64,000 nt of DNA from Halanaerobiales bacterium. GTDB lineage: Bacteria; Bacillota; Halanaerobiia; Halanaerobiales; M55B127. Below are positions 62,705-64,000 of this stretch, in pieces. The stretch spans positions 153,778 to 217,777 of the forward strand of contig JAXHLT010000003.1 in assembly GCA_034521955.1 (NCBI GenBank), written 5' to 3'. Numbering within the stretch: the first letter of the stretch is position 1; each line of letters begins with the position of its first letter. The notes under the pieces were generated by a model. The model searched no databases. It was not told where the DNA came from and was given only the letters and a program-made list of their open reading frames with translations. Made by a program: the position numbers and the translations under genes.

Positions 62705-63337
62705 ATGATGAATCAATCAAAAAGCAAAGCCCTTTACCGTAATATCGTTCAGGTATTATTTTTATTGTTATTTGTATTTTTAGCATTTAAAGGTAGAATT
62801 CAATTATGGATACTAGTTTTTGGTGTTGGATTATTAATTTCTTTAATCTGGGGAAGATTTTACTGTGGTTGGATATGTCCAATTAATACAGTTGTAAGAA
62901 TAAAAAACTGGATTTATAAGAAATTAAATATAAATGTATTTAATACACCAAATTATTTAAAGAAACAATGGATCAGATGGGTTATACTACTTTTATTTGT
63001 TGGTACAATGGTTGTTACTAGAAGGATAAATGTACAGATTAATATGATATTATATGTTTTAATTTTTGCCTTTGTAATTTCACTAATATTTGATGAAGAA
63101 ATGTGGCATAAATATCTATGTCCATATGGTGTTTTACTAGATTTAACTGATAAAGCTAATAATAAAAAACTTGTTATTGATGAAAAATTATGTAAATCAT
63201 GTGGAATCTGTGTAGAAAATTGTCCTAACAATATTATTTTTGAAGCTGATAATATTTACAATATTCATAGCAAAGAATGTTTGAAATGTTTTAAGTGTCA
63301 AGATGTATGTAAGTTTAATGCAATAAATTATAAATAA
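62705..63337 (+). CDS. Membrane-bound 4Fe-4S polyferredoxin-like protein (NapH/COG0348-like)
   Basis: TM helices with CGWICP and LCPYG motifs, plus a C-terminal 2x[4Fe-4S] pattern CKSCGICVENCP ... CLKCFKCQDVC. Confidence 0.75.
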   Translation: MMNQSKSKALYRNIVQVLFLLLFVFLAFKGRIQLWILVFGVGLLISLIWGRFYCGWICPINTVVRIKNWIYKKLNINVFNTPNYLKKQWIRWVILLLFVGTMVVTRRINVQINMILYVLIFAFVISLIFDEEMWHKYLCPYGVLLDLTDKANNKKLVIDEKLCKSCGICVENCPNNIIFEADNIYNIHSKECLKCFKCQDVCKFNAINYK

Positions 63338-63368
63338 GGCAGACATAATTTTATCTCTTTAAAGGTTC

Positions 63369-63397
63369 TTGACTATACTAAAAATGCTTGCTATACT
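63369..63397 (+). promoter_or_regulatory. SigA-type promoter of rnpB
   Basis: TTGACT (63369-63374), 17-nt spacer, TATACT (63392-63397). Confidence 0.55.
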
Positions 63398-63416
63398 GTT
63401 AATGCAAAACTAAAAA

Positions 63417-63750
63417 AGAGCAGCACAGATAATCGCGGTAGATCAACATCTACTGAGGAAAGTCCGGGCTTTATAGGGCAGGATGCTGGGTAATACCCAG
63501 TGGAGGTGACTCCCAGGAAAGTGCCACAGAAAATACACCGCCAATTTGGTAAGGGTGAAAAGGTGAGGTAAGAGCTCACCAATATTCAGGTGACTGAATA
63601 GTTTGGTAAACCCCATCCGAAGTAAGTCCAAATAGGGAGATTATAGAGTGGCCCGCTTTTTCTCCGGGTTGGACGCATGAGGTAGCAAGTAATTGTTATC
63701 CTAGATAGATGACTATCTGATACAGAACCCGGCTTATAGTGCTGCTCTTT
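63417..63750 (+). ncRNA. rnpB: RNase P RNA, bacterial type A
   Basis: P1 pairing AGAGCAGCAC / GTGCTGCTCT. Universal blocks GAGGAAAGTCCGGGC, AGTGCCACAGAAAA, GGTAAGGGTGAAAAGGTGAGGTAAGAGCTCACC and ACAGAACCCGGCTTA. Collinear with my recollection of the E. coli (type A) M1 RNA, not the Bacillus type B. Confidence 0.92.
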
Positions 63751-63851
63751 TTTAATGCAAACATATGTTTATATTTTTAACTTAACAAATTGAAAATGAA
63801 GTCAAATTATGTTAAAATAGAGAGCAGAACGAAGATTTAGGAGGTAAATTA

Positions 63852-64000
63852 ATGGCTGGACATTCTAAGTGGGCAAATATTAAACACAGAAAACAAAAAC
63901 AGGATAAAAAACGTGGTAAGTTATTTTCAAAATTATCTAGAAAAATAGCAGTTGCTGCCAGAGAAGGTGGCGGTGATCCAGAGATGAATGCAGATTTAGC
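63852..64000 (+). CDS. yebC: YebC/PmpR-family transcriptional regulator, N-terminal part (runs off the right edge)
   Basis: [57 protein letters not shown] lies upstream. Confidence 0.9.
   Translation, partial: MAGHSKWANIKHRKQKQDKKRGKLFSKLSRKIAVAAREGGGDPEMNADL

Overview
Strongly AT-rich chromosomal core segment from a Firmicutes-type anaerobe. I found no rRNA, CRISPR array, transposase or integrase. Gene order is collinear, in inverted orientation, with the Bacillus subtilis yqe-yqf region as I recall it. The order is nadD-yqeK-LCP-rsfS-[T-box]-leuS, then comEA-like-comEC-holA, rpsT, lepA-hemW-[CIRCE]-hrcA-grpE-dnaK-dnaJ-rsmE-mtaB-hit-nfeD-floA. It continues ccpN-glpX, phoH-pgpH-ybeY, cdd-era-deoC-recO-glyQS, ppdK, dgt-like-dnaG-rpoD-tRNA(CAU)-nif3. 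The right end holds a TetR/MMPL/LolA-like/beta-barrel cluster, a membrane polyferredoxin, a type-A RNase P RNA and the start of yebC. The left end holds a LacI-family gene, a multiply disrupted GH13 alpha-glucosidase, and a minus-strand ABC importer operon preceded by a HutP-family gene. Acidic insertions (nine Asp in a row in RpoD, an acidic DnaK tail) plus outer-membrane-type proteins suggest a halophilic diderm Firmicute such as Halanaerobiales; this is inference only. Four points deserve a second look. (1) A HutP-family gene, a consensus promoter, a repeat-bearing leader and an intrinsic terminator sit in front of an uncharacterised-family ABC importer, which looks like a candidate protein-mediated antitermination switch. 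(2) A TetR-controlled inner-membrane MMPL pump, a periplasmic LolA-like protein and an outer-membrane barrel form one cluster. (3) At least ten single-base frame interruptions occur, nine of them needing removal of one base. They include two in essential leuS and one in holA, which points to an insertion-biased assembly error rather than gene decay, except probably at the glucosidase locus. (4) A 10-mer is shared between the ccpN-glpX and ppdK upstream regions. All coordinates and motifs were read by eye; no database search or folding computation was run.
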